Origin: the human T2T-CHM13v2.0 reference genome, Homo sapiens
DNA: 64,000 bases
Strand: one strand, 5' to 3'
NCBI RefSeq assembly: GCF_009914755.1
Contig: NC_060942.1
Part shown: piece by piece, positions 39,301 to 54,300 of the stretch
Layout of the letters: each line of letters starts with the position of its first letter
How positions within the stretch are numbered: position 1 is the first letter of the stretch
Program-made: the position numbers and the translations under genes
Notes under the pieces: model-generated
Told to the model about the DNA's origin: nothing
The model's input: the letters and a program-made list of their open reading frames with translations, nothing else
Databases searched by the model: none

Positions 39301-42300
39301 TCTTTAGACAGAACAGTTTTGAAACACTCTTTTTGTGGAATCTGCAAGTGGCTATTTGGCTAGATTTGAGGATTTCGTTGGAAACGGGATTACATATAAA
39401 AAGCAGTCAGCAGCATTCTCAGAAAGTTCTTTGTGATGATTGCATTCAAGTCACAGAATTGAACATTCCCTTTCACAGAGCAGGTTTGAAACACTCTTTT
39501 TGTAGTGTGTGTAAGTGGACATTTGGAGCACTTACCGGCCTAAGGTGAAAAAGGAAATATCTTCCCATAAAAACTAGACAGAAGCATTCTCAGAAACTTA
39601 CTCGTGATGTGTGTCCTCAACTAAAGGAGTAGAACCTTTCTTTTCATAGAGAAGTTTTGAAACGCTCTTTTTGTGGAATCTGCAAGTGGATATTTGGCTA
39701 GTTTTGAGGATTTCGTTGGAAGCGGGAATTCATACAAATTGCAGACTGCAGCGTTCTGAGAAACATCTTTGTGATGTTTGTATTCAGGACACAGAGTTGA
39801 ACATTCCCTATCATAGAGCAGGTTGGAATCACTCCTTTTGTAGTATCTGGAAGTGGACATTTGGAGCGCTTTCAGGCCTATGTTGGAAAAGGAAATATCT
39901 TCCCATAACAACTAGACAGAAGCATTCTCAGAAACTTATTTGAGATGTGTGTACTCAACTAAGAGAATTGAACCACCGTTTTGAAGGAGCAGTTTTGAAA
40001 CTCTCTTTTTCTGGAATCTGCAAGTGGATATTTGGCTAGCTTTGGGGATTTCGCTGGAAGCGGGAATACATATAAAAAGCACACAGCAGCGTTCTGAGAA
40101 ACTGCTTTCTGATGTTTGCATTCAAGTCAAAAGTTGAACACTCCCTTTCATAGAGCAGTCTTGAAACACCCCTTTTGTAGTATCTGGAACTGGACTTTTG
40201 GAGCGATTTCAGGGCTAAGGTGAAAAAGGAAATATCTTCCCATAAAAACTGGACAGAAGCATTCTCAGAAACTTGGTTATGCTGTATCTACTCAACTAAC
40301 AAAGTTGAACCTTTCTTTTGATAGAGCAGTTTTGAAATGGTCTTTTTGTGGAATCTGCAAGTGGATATTTGGCTAGTTTTGAGGATTTCGTTGGAAGCGG
40401 GAATTCATACAAATTGCAGACTGCAGCGTTCTGAGAAACATCTTTGTGATGTTTGTATTCAGGACACAGAGTTGAACATTCCCTATCATAGAGCAGGTTG
40501 GAATCACTCCTTTTGTAGTATCTGGAAGTGGACATTTGGAGCGCTTTCAGGCCTATTTTGGAAAGGGAAATATCTTCCCGTAACAACTATGCAGAAGCAT
40601 TCTCAGAAACTTGTTTGTGATGTGTGCCCTCTACTGACAGAGTTGAACCTTTCTTTTCATAGAGCAGTTTTGAAACACTCTTTTTGTAGAATCTGCAAGA
40701 GGATATTTGCATAGCTTTGAGGATTTCGTGGGAAACGGGATTGTCTTCAGGTAAAATCTAGACAGAAGCATTCTCAGAAACTTCTTTGGGATGTTTGCAT
40801 TCAAGTCACAGAGTAGAACATTCCCTTTGGTAGAGCAGGTTTGAAACACTCTTTTTGTAGTATCTGGAAGTGGACATTTGGAGCGCTTTCAGGCCCATGT
40901 TGGAAAGGGAAATATCTTCCCGTAACAACTAGGCAGAAGCATTCTCAGAAACTTATTTGAGATGTGTGTACTCAACTAAGAGAACTGAACCACCGTTTTG
41001 AAGGAGCAGTTTTGAAACACTCTTTTTCTGGAATCTGCAAGAGTATATTTGCCTAGCCTTGAGGATTTCGTTGGAAACGGGATTGTCTTCAGAGAAAATC
41101 TAGACAGAAGCATTCTCAGAAACTTCTTTGGGATGTTTGCATTCAAGTCACAGAGTAGAACATTCCCTTTGGTAGAGCAGGTTTGAAACACTCTTTTTTT
41201 AGTATATGGAAGTGGACATTTGGATCGCTTTCAGGCCTACGTTGGAAAAGGAAATATCTTCCCATAACAACTAGACAGAAGCATTCTCAGAAACTAGTTT
41301 CTGATGTGTGTCCTCAACTAACACAGTTGAACATTTCTTTAGACAGAACAGTTTTGAAACACTCTTTTTGTGGAATCTGCAAGTGGCTATTTTGCTAGAT
41401 TTGAGGATTTCGTTGGAAACGGGATTACATATAAAAAGCAGTCAGCAGCATTCTCAGAAAGTTCTTTGTGATGATTGCATTCAAGTCACAGAATTGAACA
41501 TTCCCTTTCACAGAGCAGGTTTGAAACACTCTTTTTGTAGTGTGTGTAAGTGGACATTTGGAGCACTTACCGGCCTAAGGTGAAAAAGGAAATATCTTCC
41601 CATAAAAACTAGACAGAAGCATTCTCAGAAACTTACTCGTGATGTGTGTCCTCAACTAAAGGAGTAGAACCTTTCTTTTCATAGAGAAGTTTTGAAACGC
41701 TCTTTTTGTGGAATCTGCAAGTGGATATTTGGCTAGTTTTGAGGATTTCGTTGGAAGCGGGAATTCATACAAATTGCAGACTGCAGCGTTCTGAGAAACA
41801 TCTTTGTGATGTTTGTATTCAGGACACAGAGTTGAACATTCCCTATCATAGAGCAGGTTGGAATCACTCCTTTTGTAGTATCTGGAAGTGGACATTTGGA
41901 GCGCTTTCAGGCCTATGTTGGAAAAGGAAATATCTTCCCATAACAACTAGACAGAAGCATTCTCAGAAACTTATTTGAGATGTGTGTACTCAACTAAGAG
42001 AATTGAACCACCGTTTTGAAGGAGCAGTTTTGAAACTCTCTTTTTCTGGAATCTGCAAGTGGATATTTGGCTAGCTTTGGGGATTTCGCTGGAAGCGGGA
42101 ATACATATAAAAAGCACACAGCAGCGTTCTGAGAAACTGCTTTCTGATGTTTGCATTCAAGTCAAAAGTTGAACACTCCCTTTCATAGAGCAGTCTTGAA
42201 ACACCCCTTTTGTAGTATCTGGAACTGGACTTTTGGAGCGATTTCAGGGCTAAGGTGAAAAAGGAAATATCTTCCCATAAAAACTGGACAGAAGCATTCT

Positions 42301-45300
42301 CAGAAACTTGGTTATGCTGTATCTACTCAACTAACAAAGTTGAACCTTTCTTTTGATAGAGCAGTTTTGAAATGGTCTTTTTGTGGAATCTGCAAGTGGA
42401 TATTTGGCTAGTTTTGAGGATTTCGTTGGAAGCGGGAATTCATACAAATTGCAGACTGCAGCGTTCTGAGAAACATCTTTGTGATGTTTGTATTCAGGAC
42501 ACAGAGTTGAACATTCCCTATCATAGAGCAGGTTGGAATCACTCCTTTTGTAGTATCTGGAAGTGGACATTTGGAGCGCTTTCAGGCCTATTTTGGAAAG
42601 GGAAATATCTTCCCGTAACAACTATGCAGAAGCATTCTCAGAAACTTGTTTGTGATGTGTGCCCTCTACTGACAGAGTTGAACCTTTCTTTTCATAGAGC
42701 AGTTTTGAAACACTCTTTTTGTAGAATCTGCAAGAGGATATTTGCATAGCTTTGAGGATTTCGTGGGAAACGGGATTGTCTTCAGGTAAAATCTAGACAG
42801 AAGCATTCTCAGAAACTTCTTTGGGATGTTTGCATTCAAGTCACAGAGTAGAACATTCCCTTTGGTAGAGCAGGTTTGAAACACTCTTTTTGTAGTATCT
42901 GGAAGTGGACATTTGGAGCGCTTTCAGGCCCATGTTGGAAAGGGAAATATCTTCCCGTAACAACTAGGCAGAAGCATTCTCAGAAACTTATTTGAGATGT
43001 GTGTACTCAACTAAGAGAATTGAACCACCGTTTTGAAGGAGCAGTTTTGAAACACTCTTTTTCTGGAATCTGCAAGAGTATATTTGCCTAGCCTTGAGGA
43101 TTTCGTTGGAAACGGGATTGTCTTCAGAGAAAATCTAGACAGAAGCATTCTCAGAAACTTCTTTGGGATGTTTGCATTCAAGTCACAGAGTAGAACATTC
43201 CCTTTGGTAGAGCAGGTTTGAAACACTCTTTTTTTAGTATATGGAAGTGCACATTTGGATCGCTTTCAGGCCTACGTTGGAAAAGGAAATATCTTCCCAT
43301 AACAACTAGACAGAAGCATTCTCAGAAACTAGTTTCTGATGTGTGTCCTCAACTAACACAGTTGAACATTTCTTTAGACAGAACAGTTTTGAAACACTCT
43401 TTTTGTGGAATCTGCAAGTGGCTATTTGGCTAGATTTGAGGATTTCGTTGGAAACGGGATTACATATAAAAAGCAGTCAGCAGCATTCTCAGAAAGTTCT
43501 TTGTGATGATTGCATTCAAGTCACAGAATTGAACATTCCCTTTCACAGAGCAGGTTTGAAACACTCTTTTTGTAGTGTGTGTAAGTGGACATTTGGAGCA
43601 CTTACCGGCCTAAGGTGAAAAAGGAAATATCTTCCCATAAAAACTAGACAGAAGCATTCTCAGAAACTTACTCGTGATGTGTGTCCTCAACTAAAGGAGT
43701 AGAACCTTTCTTTTCATAGAGAAGTTTTGAAACGCTCTTTTTGTGGAATCTGCAAGTGGATATTTGGCTAGTTTTGAGGATTTCGTTGGAAGCGGGAATT
43801 CATACAAATTGCAGACTGCAGCGTTCTGAGAAACATCTTTGTGATGTTTGTATTCAGGACACAGAGTTGAACATTCCCTATCATAGAGCAGGTTTGAATC
43901 ACTCCTTTTGTAGTATCTGGAAGTGGACATTTGGAGCGCTTTCAGGCCTATGTTGGAAAAGGAAATATCTTCCCATAACAACTAGACAGAAGCATTCTCA
44001 GAAACTTATTTGAGATGTGTGTACTCAACTAAGAGAATTGAACCACCGTTTTGAAGGAGCAGTTTTGAAACTCTCTTTTTCTGGAATCTGCAAGTGGATA
44101 TTTGGCTAGCTTTGGGGATTTCGCTGGAAGCGGGAATACATATAAAAAGCACACAGCAGCGTTCTGAGAAACTGCTTTCTGATGTTTGCATTCAAGTCAA
44201 AAGTTGAACACTCCCTTTCATAGAGCAGTCTTGAAACACCCCTTTTGTAGTATCTGGAACTGGACTTTTGGAGCGATTTCAGGGCTAAGGTGAAAAAGGA
44301 AATATCTTCCCATAAAAACTGGACAGAAGCATTCTCAGAAACTTGGTTATGCTGTATCTACTCAACTAACAAAGTTGAACCTTTCTTTTGATAGAGCAGT
44401 TTTGAAATGGTCTTTTTGTGGAATCTGCAAGTGGATATTTGGCTAGTTTTGAGGATTTCGTTGGAAGCGGGAATTCATACAAATTGCAGACTGCAGCGTT
44501 CTGAGAAACATCTTTGTGATGTTTGTATTCAGGACACAGAGTTGAACATTCCCTATCATAGAGCAGGTTGGAATCACTCCTTTTGTAGTATCTGGAAGTG
44601 GACATTTGGAGCGCTTTCAGGCCTATTTTGGAAAGGGAAATATCTTCCCGTAACAACTATGCAGAAGCATTCTCAGAAACTTGTTTGTGATGTGTGCCCT
44701 CTACTGACAGAGTTGAACCTTTCTTTTCATAGAGCAGTTTTGAAACACTCTTTTTGTAGAATCTGCAAGAGGATATTTGCATAGCTTTGAGGATTTCGTG
44801 GGAAACGGGATTGTCTTCAGGTAAAATCTAGACAGAAGCATTCTCAGAAACTTCTTTGGGATGTTTGCATTCAAGTCACAGAGTAGAACATTCCCTTTGG
44901 TAGAGCAGGTTTGAAACACTCTTTTTGTAGTATCTGGAAGTGGACATTTGGAGCGCTTTCAGGCCCATGTTGGAAAGGGAAATATCTTCCCGTAACAACT
45001 AGGCAGAAGCATTCTCAGAAACTTATTTGAGATGTGTGTACTCAACTAAGAGAATTGAACCACCGTTTTGAAGGAGCAGTTTTGAAACACTCTTTTTCTG
45101 GAATCTGCAAGAGTATATTTGCCTAGCCTTGAGGATTTCGTTGGAAACGGGATTGTCTTCAGAGAAAATCTAGACAGAAGCATTCTCAGAAACTTCTTTG
45201 GGATGTTTGCATTCAAGTCACAGAGTAGAACATTCCCTTTGGTAGAGCAGGTTTGAAACACTCTTTTTTTAGTATATGGAAGTGGACATTTGGATCGCTT

Positions 45301-48300
45301 TCAGGCCTACGTTGGAAAAGGAAATATCTTCCCATAACAACTAGACAGAAGCATTCTCAGAAACTAGTTTCTGATGTGTGTCCTCAACTAACACAGTTGA
45401 ACATTTCTTTAGACAGAACAGTTTTGAAACACTCTTTTTGTGGAATCTGCAAGTGGCTATTTGGCTAGATTTGAGGATTTCGTTGGAAACGGGATTACAT
45501 ATAAAAAGCAGTCAGCAGCATTCTCAGAAAGTTCTTTGTGATGATTGCATTCAAGTCACAGAATTGAACATTCCCTTTCACAGAGCAGGTTTGAAACACT
45601 CTTTTTGTAGTGTGTGTAAGTGGACATTTGGAGCACTTACCGGCCTAAGGTGAAAAAGGAAATATCTTCCCATAAAAACTAGACAGAAGCATTCTCAGAA
45701 ACTTACTTGTGATGTGTGTCCTCAACTAAAGGAGTAGAACCTTTCTTTTCATAGAGAAGTTTTGAAACGCTCTTTTTGTGGAATCTGCAAGTGGATATTT
45801 GGCTAGTTTTGAGGATTTCGTTGGAAGCGGGAATTCATACAAATTGCAGACTGCAGCGTTCTGAGAAACATCTTTGTGATGTTTGTATTCAGGACACAGA
45901 GTTGAACATTCCCTATCATAGAGCAGGTTGGAATCACTCCTTTTGTAGTATCTGGAAGTGGACATTTGGAGCGCTTTCAGGCCTATGTTGGAAAAGGAAA
46001 TATCTTCCCATAACAACTAGACAGAAGCATTCTCAGAAACTTATTTGAGATGTGTGTACTCAACTAAGAGAATTGAACCACCGTTTTGAAGGAGCAGTTT
46101 TGAAACTCTCTTTTTCTGGAATCTGCAAGTGGATATTTGGCTAGCTTTGGGGATTTCGCTGGAAGCGGGAATACATATAAAAAGCACACAGCAGCGTTCT
46201 GAGAAACTGCTTTCTGATGTTTGCATTCAAGTCAAAAGTTGAACACTCCCTTTCATAGAGCAGTCTTGAAACACCCCTTTTGTAGTATCTGGAACTGGAC
46301 TTTTGGAGCGATTTCAGGGCTAAGGTGAAAAAGGAAATATCTTCCCATAAAAACTGGACAGAAGCATTCTCAGAAACTTGGTTATGCTGTATCTACTCAA
46401 CTAACAAAGTTGAACCTTTCTTTTGATAGAGCAGTTTTGAAATGGTCTTTTTGTGGAATCTGCAAGTGGATATTTGGCTAGTTTTGAGGATTTCGTTGGA
46501 AGCGGGAATTCATACAAATTGCAGACTGCAGCGTTCTGAGAAACATCTTTGTGATGTTTGTATTCAGGACACAGAGTTGAACATTCCCTATCATAGAGCA
46601 GGTTGGAATCACTCCTTTTGTAGTATCTGGAAGTGGACATTTGGAGCGCTTTCAGGCCTATTTTGGAAAGGGAAATATCTTCCCGTAACAACTATGCAGA
46701 AGCATTCTCAGAAACTTGTTTGTGATGTGTGCCCTCTACTGACAGAGTTGAACCTTTCTTTTCATAGAGCAGTTTTGAAACACTCTTTTTGTAGAATCTG
46801 CAAGAGGATATTTGCATAGCTTTGAGGATTTCGTGGGAAACGGGATTGTCTTCAGGTAAAATCTAGACAGAAGCATTCTCAGAAACTTCTTTGGGATGTT
46901 TGCATTCAAGTCACAGAGTAGAACATTCCCTTTGGTAGAGCAGGTTTGAAACACTCTTTTTGTAGTATCTGGAAGTGGACATTTGGAGCGCTTTCAGGCC
47001 CATGTTGGAAAGGGAAATATCTTCCCGTAACAACTAGGCAGAAGCATTCTCAGAAACTTATTTGAGATGTGTGTACTCAACTAAGAGAATTGAACCACCG
47101 TTTTGAAGGAGCAGTTTTGAAACACTCTTTTTCTGGAATCTGCAAGAGTATATTTGCCTAGCCTTGAGGATTTCGTTGGAAACGGGATTGTCTTCAGAGA
47201 AAATCTAGACAGAAGCATTCTCAGAAACTTCTTTGGGATGTTTGCATTCAAGTCACAGAGTAGAACATTCCCTTTGGTAGAGCAGGTTTGAAACACTCTT
47301 TTTGTAGTATATGGAAGTGGACATTTGGATCGCTTTCAGGCCTACGTTGGAAAAGGAAGTATCTTCCCATAACAACTAGACAGAAGCATTCTCAGAAACT
47401 AGTTTCTGATGTGTGTCCTCAACTAACACAGTTGAACATTTCTTTAGACAGAACAGTTTTGAAACACTCTTTTTGTGGAATCTGCAAGTGGCTATTTGGC
47501 TAGATTTGAGGATTTCGTTGGAAACGGGATTACATATAAAAAGCAGTCAGCAGCATTCTCAGAAAGTTCTTTGTGATGATTGCATTCAAGTCACAGAATT
47601 GAACATTCCCTTTCACAGAGCAGGTTTGAAACACTCTTTTTGTAGTGTGTGTAAGTGGACATTTGGAGCACTTACCGGCCTAAGGTGAAAAAGGAAATAT
47701 CTTCCCATAAAAACTAGACAGAAGCATTCTCAGAAACTTACTCGTGATGTGTGTCCTCAACTAAAGGAGTAGAACCTTTCTTTTCATAGAGAAGTTTTGA
47801 AACGCTCTTTTTGTGGAATCTGCAAGTGGATATTTGGCTAGTTTTGAGGATTTCGTTGGAAGCGGGAATTCATACAAATTGCAGACTGCAGCGTTCTGAG
47901 AAACATCTTTGTGATGTTTGTATTCAGGACACAGAGTTGAACATTCCCTATCATAGAGCAGGTTTGAATCACTCCTTTTGTAGTATCTGGAAGTGGACAT
48001 TTGGAGCGCTTTCAGGCCTATGTTGGAAAAGGAAATATCTTCCCATAACAACTAGACAGAAGCATTCTCAGAAACTTATTTGAGATGTGTGTACTCAACT
48101 AAGAGAATTGAACCACCGTTTTGAAGGAGCAGTTTTGAAACTCTCTTTTTCTGGAATCTGCAAGTGGATATTTGGCTAGCTTTGGGGATTTCGCTGGAAG
48201 CGGGAATACATATAAAAAGCACACAGCAGCGTTCTGAGAAACTGCTTTCTGATGTTTGCATTCAAGTCAAAAGTTGAACACTCCCTTTCATAGAGCAGTC

Positions 48301-51300
48301 TTGAAACACCCCTTTTGTAGTATCTGGAACTGGACTTTTGGAGCGATTTCAGGGCTAAGGTGAAAAAGGAAATATCTTCCCATAAAAACTGGACAGAAGC
48401 ATTCTCAGAAACTTGGTTATGCTGTATCTACTCAACTAACAAAGTTGAACCTTTCTTTTGATAGAGCAGTTTTGAAATGGTCTTTTTGTGGAATCTGCAA
48501 GTGGATATTTGGCTAGTTTTGAGGATTTCGTTGGAAGCGGGAATTCATACAAATTGCAGACTGCAGCGTTCTGAGAAACATCTTTGTGATGTTTGTATTC
48601 AGGACACAGAGTTGAACATTCCCTATCATAGAGCAGGTTGGAATCACTCCTTTTGTAGTATCTGGAAGTGGACATTTGGAGCGCTTTCAGGCCTATTTTG
48701 GAAAGGGAAATATCTTCCCGTAACAACTATGCAGAAGCATTCTCAGAAACTTGTTTGTGATGTGTGCCCTCTACTGACAGAGTTGAACCTTTCTTTTCAT
48801 AGAGCAGTTTTGAAACACTCTTTTTGTAGAATCTGCAAGAGGATATTTGCATAGCTTTGAGGATTTCGTGGGAAACGGGATTGTCTTCAGGTAAAATCTA
48901 GACAGAAGCATTCTCAGAAACTTCTTTGGGATGTTTGCATTCAAGTCACAGAGTAGAACATTCCCTTTGGTAGAGCAGGTTTGAAACACTCTTTTTGTAG
49001 TATCTGGAAGTGGACATTTGGAGCGCTTTCAGGCCCATGTTGGAAAGGGAAATATCTTCCCGTAACAACTAGGCAGAAGCATTCTCAGAAACTTATTTGA
49101 GATGTGTGTACTCAACTAAGAGAATTGAACCACCGTTTTGAAGGAGCAGTTTTGAAACACTCTTTTTCTGGAATCTGTAAGAGTATATTTGCCTAGCCTT
49201 GAGGATTTCGTTGGAAACGGGATTGTCTTCAGAGAAAATCTAGACAGAAGCATTCTCAGAAACTTCTTTGGGATGTTTGCATTCAAGTCACAGAGTAGAA
49301 CATTCCCTTTGGTAGAGCAGGTTTGAAACACTCTTTTTGTAGTATCTGGAAGTGGACATTTGGAGCGCTTTCAGGCCTACGTTGGAAAAGGAAATATCTT
49401 CCCATAACAACTAGACAGAAGCATTCTCAGAAACTAGTTTCTGATGTGTGTCCTCAACTAACACAGTTGAACATTTCTTTAGACAGAACAGTTTTGAAAC
49501 ACTCTTTTTGTGGAATCTGCAAGTGGCTATTTGGCTAGATTTGAGGATTTCGTTGGAAACGGGATTACATATAAAAAGCAGTCAGCAGCATTCTCAGAAA
49601 GTTCTTTGTGATGATTGCATTCAAGTCACAGAATTGAACATTCCCTTTCACAGAGCAGGTTTGAAACACTCTTTTTGTAGTGTGTGTAAGTGGACATTTG
49701 GAGCACTTACCGGCCTAAGGTGAAAAAGGAAATATCTTCCCATAAAAACTAGACAGAAGCATTCTCAGAAACTTACTCGTGATGTGTGTCCTCAACTAAA
49801 GGAGTAGAACCTTTCTTTTCATAGAGAAGTTTTGAAACGCTCTTTTTGTGGAATCTGCAAGTGGATATTTGGCTAGTTTTGAGGATTTCGTTGGAAGCGG
49901 GAATTCATACAAATTGCAGACTGCAGCGTTCTGAGAAACATCTTTGTGATGTTTGTATTCAGGACACAGAGTTGAACATTCCCTATCATAGAGCAGGTTT
50001 GAATCACTCCTTTTGTAGTATCTGGAAGTGGACATTTGGAGCGCTTTCAGGCCTATGTTGGAAAAGGAAATATCTTCCCATAACAACTAGACAGAAGCAT
50101 TCTCAGAAACTTATTTGAGATGTGTGTACTCAACTAAGAGAATTGAACCACCGTTTTGAAGGAGCAGTTTTGAAACACTCTTTTTCTGGAATCTGCAAGT
50201 GGATATTTGGCTAGCTTTGGGGATTTCGCTGGAAGCGGGAATACATATAAAAAGCACACAGCAGCGTTCTGAGAAACTGCTTTCTGATGTTTGCATTCAA
50301 GTCAAAAGTTGAACACTCCCTTTCATAGAGCAGTCTTGAAACACCCCTTTTGTAGTATCTGGAACTGGACTTTTGGAGCGATTTCAGGGCTAAGGTGAAA
50401 AAGGAAATATCTTCCCATAAAAACTGGACAGAAGCATTCTCAGAAACTTGTTTATGCTGTATCTACTCAACTAACAAAGTTGAACCTTTCTTTTGATAGA
50501 GCAGTTTTGAAATGGTCTTTTTGTGGAATCTGCAAGTGGATATTTGGCTAGTTTTGAGGATTTCGTTGGAAGCGGGAATTCATACAAATTGCAGACTGCA
50601 GCGTTCTGAGAAACATCTTTGTGATGTTTGTATTCAGGACACAGAGTTGAACATTCCCTATCATAGAGCAGGTTGGAATCACTCCTTTTGTAGTATCTGG
50701 AAGTGGACATTTGGAGCGCTTTCAGGCCTATTTTGGAAAGGGAAATATCTTCCCGTAACAACTATGCAGAAGCATTCTCAGAAACTTGTTTGTGATGTGT
50801 GCCCTCTACTGACAGAGTTGAACCTTTCTTTTCATAGAGCAGTTTTGAAACACTCTTTTTGTAGAATCTGCAAGAGGATATTTGCATAGCTTTGAGGATT
50901 TCGTGGGAAACGGGATTGTCTTCAGGTAAAATCTAGACAGAAGCATTCTCAGAAACTTCTTTGGGATGTTTGCATTCAAGTCACAGAGTAGAACATTCCC
51001 TTTGGTAGAGCAGGTTTGAAACACTCTTTTTGTAGTATCTGGAAGTGGACATTTGGAGCGCTTTCAGGCCCATGTTGGAAAGGGAAATATCTTCCCGTAA
51101 CAACTAGGCAGAAGCATTCTCAGAAACTTATTTGAGATGTGTGTACTCAACTAAGAGAATTGAACCACCGTTTTGAAGGAGCAGTTTTGAAACACTCTTT
51201 TTCTGGAATCTGCAAGAGTATATTTGCCTAGCCTTGAGGATTTCGTTGGAAACGGGATTGTCTTCAGAGAAAATCTAGACAGAAGCATTCTCAGAAACTT

Positions 51301-54300
51301 CTTTGGGATGTTTGCATTCAAGTCACAGAGTAGAACATTCCCTTTGGTAGAGCAGGTTTGAAACACTCTTTTTGTAGTATCTGGAAGTGGACATTTGGAG
51401 CGCTTTCAGGCCTACGTTGGAAAAGGAAATATCTTCCCATAACAACTAGACAGAAGCATTCTCAGAAACTAGTTTCTGATGTGTGTCCTCAACTAACACA
51501 GTTGAACATTTCTTTAGACAGAACAGTTTTGAAACACTCTTTTTGTGGAATCTGCAAGTGGCTATTTGGCTAGATTTGAGGATTTCGTTGGAAACGGGAT
51601 TACATATAAAAAGCAGTCAGCAGCATTCTCAGAAAGTTCTTTGTGATGATTGCATTCAAGTCACAGAATTGAACATTCCCTTTCACAGAGCAGGTTTGAA
51701 ACACTCTTTTTGTAGTGTGTGTAAGTGGACATTTGGAGCACTTACCGGCCTAAGGTGAAAAAGGAAATATCTTCCCATAAAAACTAGACAGAAGCATTCT
51801 CAGAAACTTACTCGTGATGTGTGTCCTCAACTAAAGGAGTAGAACCTTTCTTTTCATAGAGAAGTTTTGAAACGCTCTTTTTGTGGAATCTGCAAGTGGA
51901 TATTTGGCTAGTTTTGAGGATTTCGTTGGAAGCGGGAATTCATACAAATTGCAGACTGCAGCGTTCTGAGAAACATCTTTGTGATGTTTGTATTCAGGAC
52001 ACAGAGTTGAACATTCCCTATCATAGAGCAGGTTTGAATCACTCCTTTTGTAGTATCTGGAAGTGGACATTTGGAGCGCTTTCAGGCCTATGTTGGAAAA
52101 GGAAATATCTTCCCATAACAACTAGACAGAAGCATTCTCAGAAACTTATTTGAGATGTGTGTACTCAACTAAGAGAATTGAACCACCGTTTTGAAGGAGC
52201 AGTTTTGAAACACTCTTTTTCTGGAATCTGCAAGTGGATATTTGGCTAGCTTTGGGGATTTCGCTGGAAGCGGGAATACATATAAAAAGCACACAGCAGC
52301 GTTCTGAGAAACTGCTTTCTGATGTTTGCATTCAAGTCAAAAGTTGAACACTCCCTTTCATAGAGCAGTCTTGAAACACCCCTTTTGTAGTATCTGGAAC
52401 TGGACTTTTGGAGCGATTTCAGGGCTAAGGTGAAAAAGGAAATATCTTCCCATAAAAACTGGACAGAAGCATTCTCAGAAACTTGTTTATGCTGTATCTA
52501 CTCAACTAACAAAGTTGAACCTTTCTTTTGATAGAGCAGTTTTGAAATGGTCTTTTTGTGGAATCTGCAAGTGGATATTTGGCTAGTTTTGAGGATTTCG
52601 TTGGAAGCGGGAATTCATACAAATTGCAGACTGCAGCGTTCTGAGAAACATCTTTGTGATGTTTGTATTCAGGACACAGAGTTGAACATTCCCTATCATA
52701 GAGCAGGTTGGAATCACTCCTTTTGTAGTATCTGGAAGTGGACATTTGGAGCGCTTTCAGGCCTATTTTGGAAAGGGAAATATCTTCCCGTAACAACTAT
52801 GCAGAAGCATTCTCAGAAACTTGTTTGTGATGTGTGCCCTCTACTGACAGAGTTGAACCTTTCTTTTCATAGAGCAGTTTTGAAACACTCTTTTTGTAGA
52901 ATCTGCAAGAGGATATTTGCATAGCTTTGAGGATTTCGTGGGAAACGGGATTGTCTTCAGGTAAAATCTAGACAGAAGCATTCTCAGAAACTTCTTTGGG
53001 ATGTTTGCATTCAAGTCACAGAGTAGAACATTCCCTTTGGTAGAGCAGGTTTGAAACACTCTTTTTGTAGTATCTGGAAGTGGACATTTGGAGCGCTTTC
53101 AGGCCCATGTTGGAAAGGGAAATATCTTCCCGTAACAACTAGGCAGAAGCATTCTCAGAAACTTATTTGAGATGTGTGTACTCAACTAAGAGAATTGAAC
53201 CACCGTTTTGAAGGAGCAGTTTTGAAACACTCTTTTTCTGGAATCTGCAAGAGTATATTTGCCTAGCCTTGAGGATTTCGTTGGAAACGGGATTGTCTTC
53301 AGAGAAAATCTAGACAGAAGCATTCTCAGAAACTTCTTTGGGATGTTTGCATTCAAGTCACAGAGTAGAACATTCCCTTTGGTAGAGCAGGTTTGAAACA
53401 CTCTTTTTGTAGTATCTGGAAGTGGACATTTGGAGCGCTTTCAGGCCTACGTTGGAAAAGGAAATATCTTCCCATAACAACTAGACAGAAGCATTCTCAG
53501 AAACTAGTTTCTGATGTGTGTCCTCAACTAACACAGTTGAACATTTCTTTAGACAGAACAGTTTTGAAACACTCTTTTTGTGGAATCTGCAAGTGGCTAT
53601 TTGGCTAGATTTGAGGATTTCGTTGGAAACGGGATTACATATAAAAAGCAGTCAGCAGCATTCTCAGAAAGTTCTTTGTGATGATTGCATTCAAGTCACA
53701 GAATTGAACATTCCCTTTCACAGAGCAGGTTTGAAACACTCTTTTTGTAGTGTGTGTAAGTGGACATTTGGAGCACTTACCGGCCTAAGGTGAAAAAGGA
53801 AATATCTTCCCATAAAAACTAGACAGAAGCATTCTCAGAAACTTACTCGTGATGTGTGTCCTCAACTAAAGGAGTAGAACCTTTCTTTTCATAGAGAAGT
53901 TTTGAAACGCTCTTTTTGTGGAATCTGCAAGTGGATATTTGGCTAGTTTTGAGGATTTCGTTGGAAGCGGGAATTCATACAAATTGCAGACTGCAGCGTT
54001 CTGAGAAACATCTTTGTGATGTTTGTATTCAGGACACAGAGTTGAACATTCCCTATCATAGAGCAGGTTGGAATCACTCCTTTTGTAGTATCTGGAAGTG
54101 GACATTTGGAGCGCTTTCAGGCCTATGTTGGAAAAGGAAATATCTTCCCATAACAACTAGACAGAAGCATTCTCAGAAACTTATTTGAGATGTGTGTACT
54201 CAACTAAGAGAATTGAACCACCGTTTTGAAGGAGCAGTTTTGAAACACTCTTTTTCTGGAATCTGCAAGTGGATATTTGGCTAGCTTTGGGGATTTCGCT

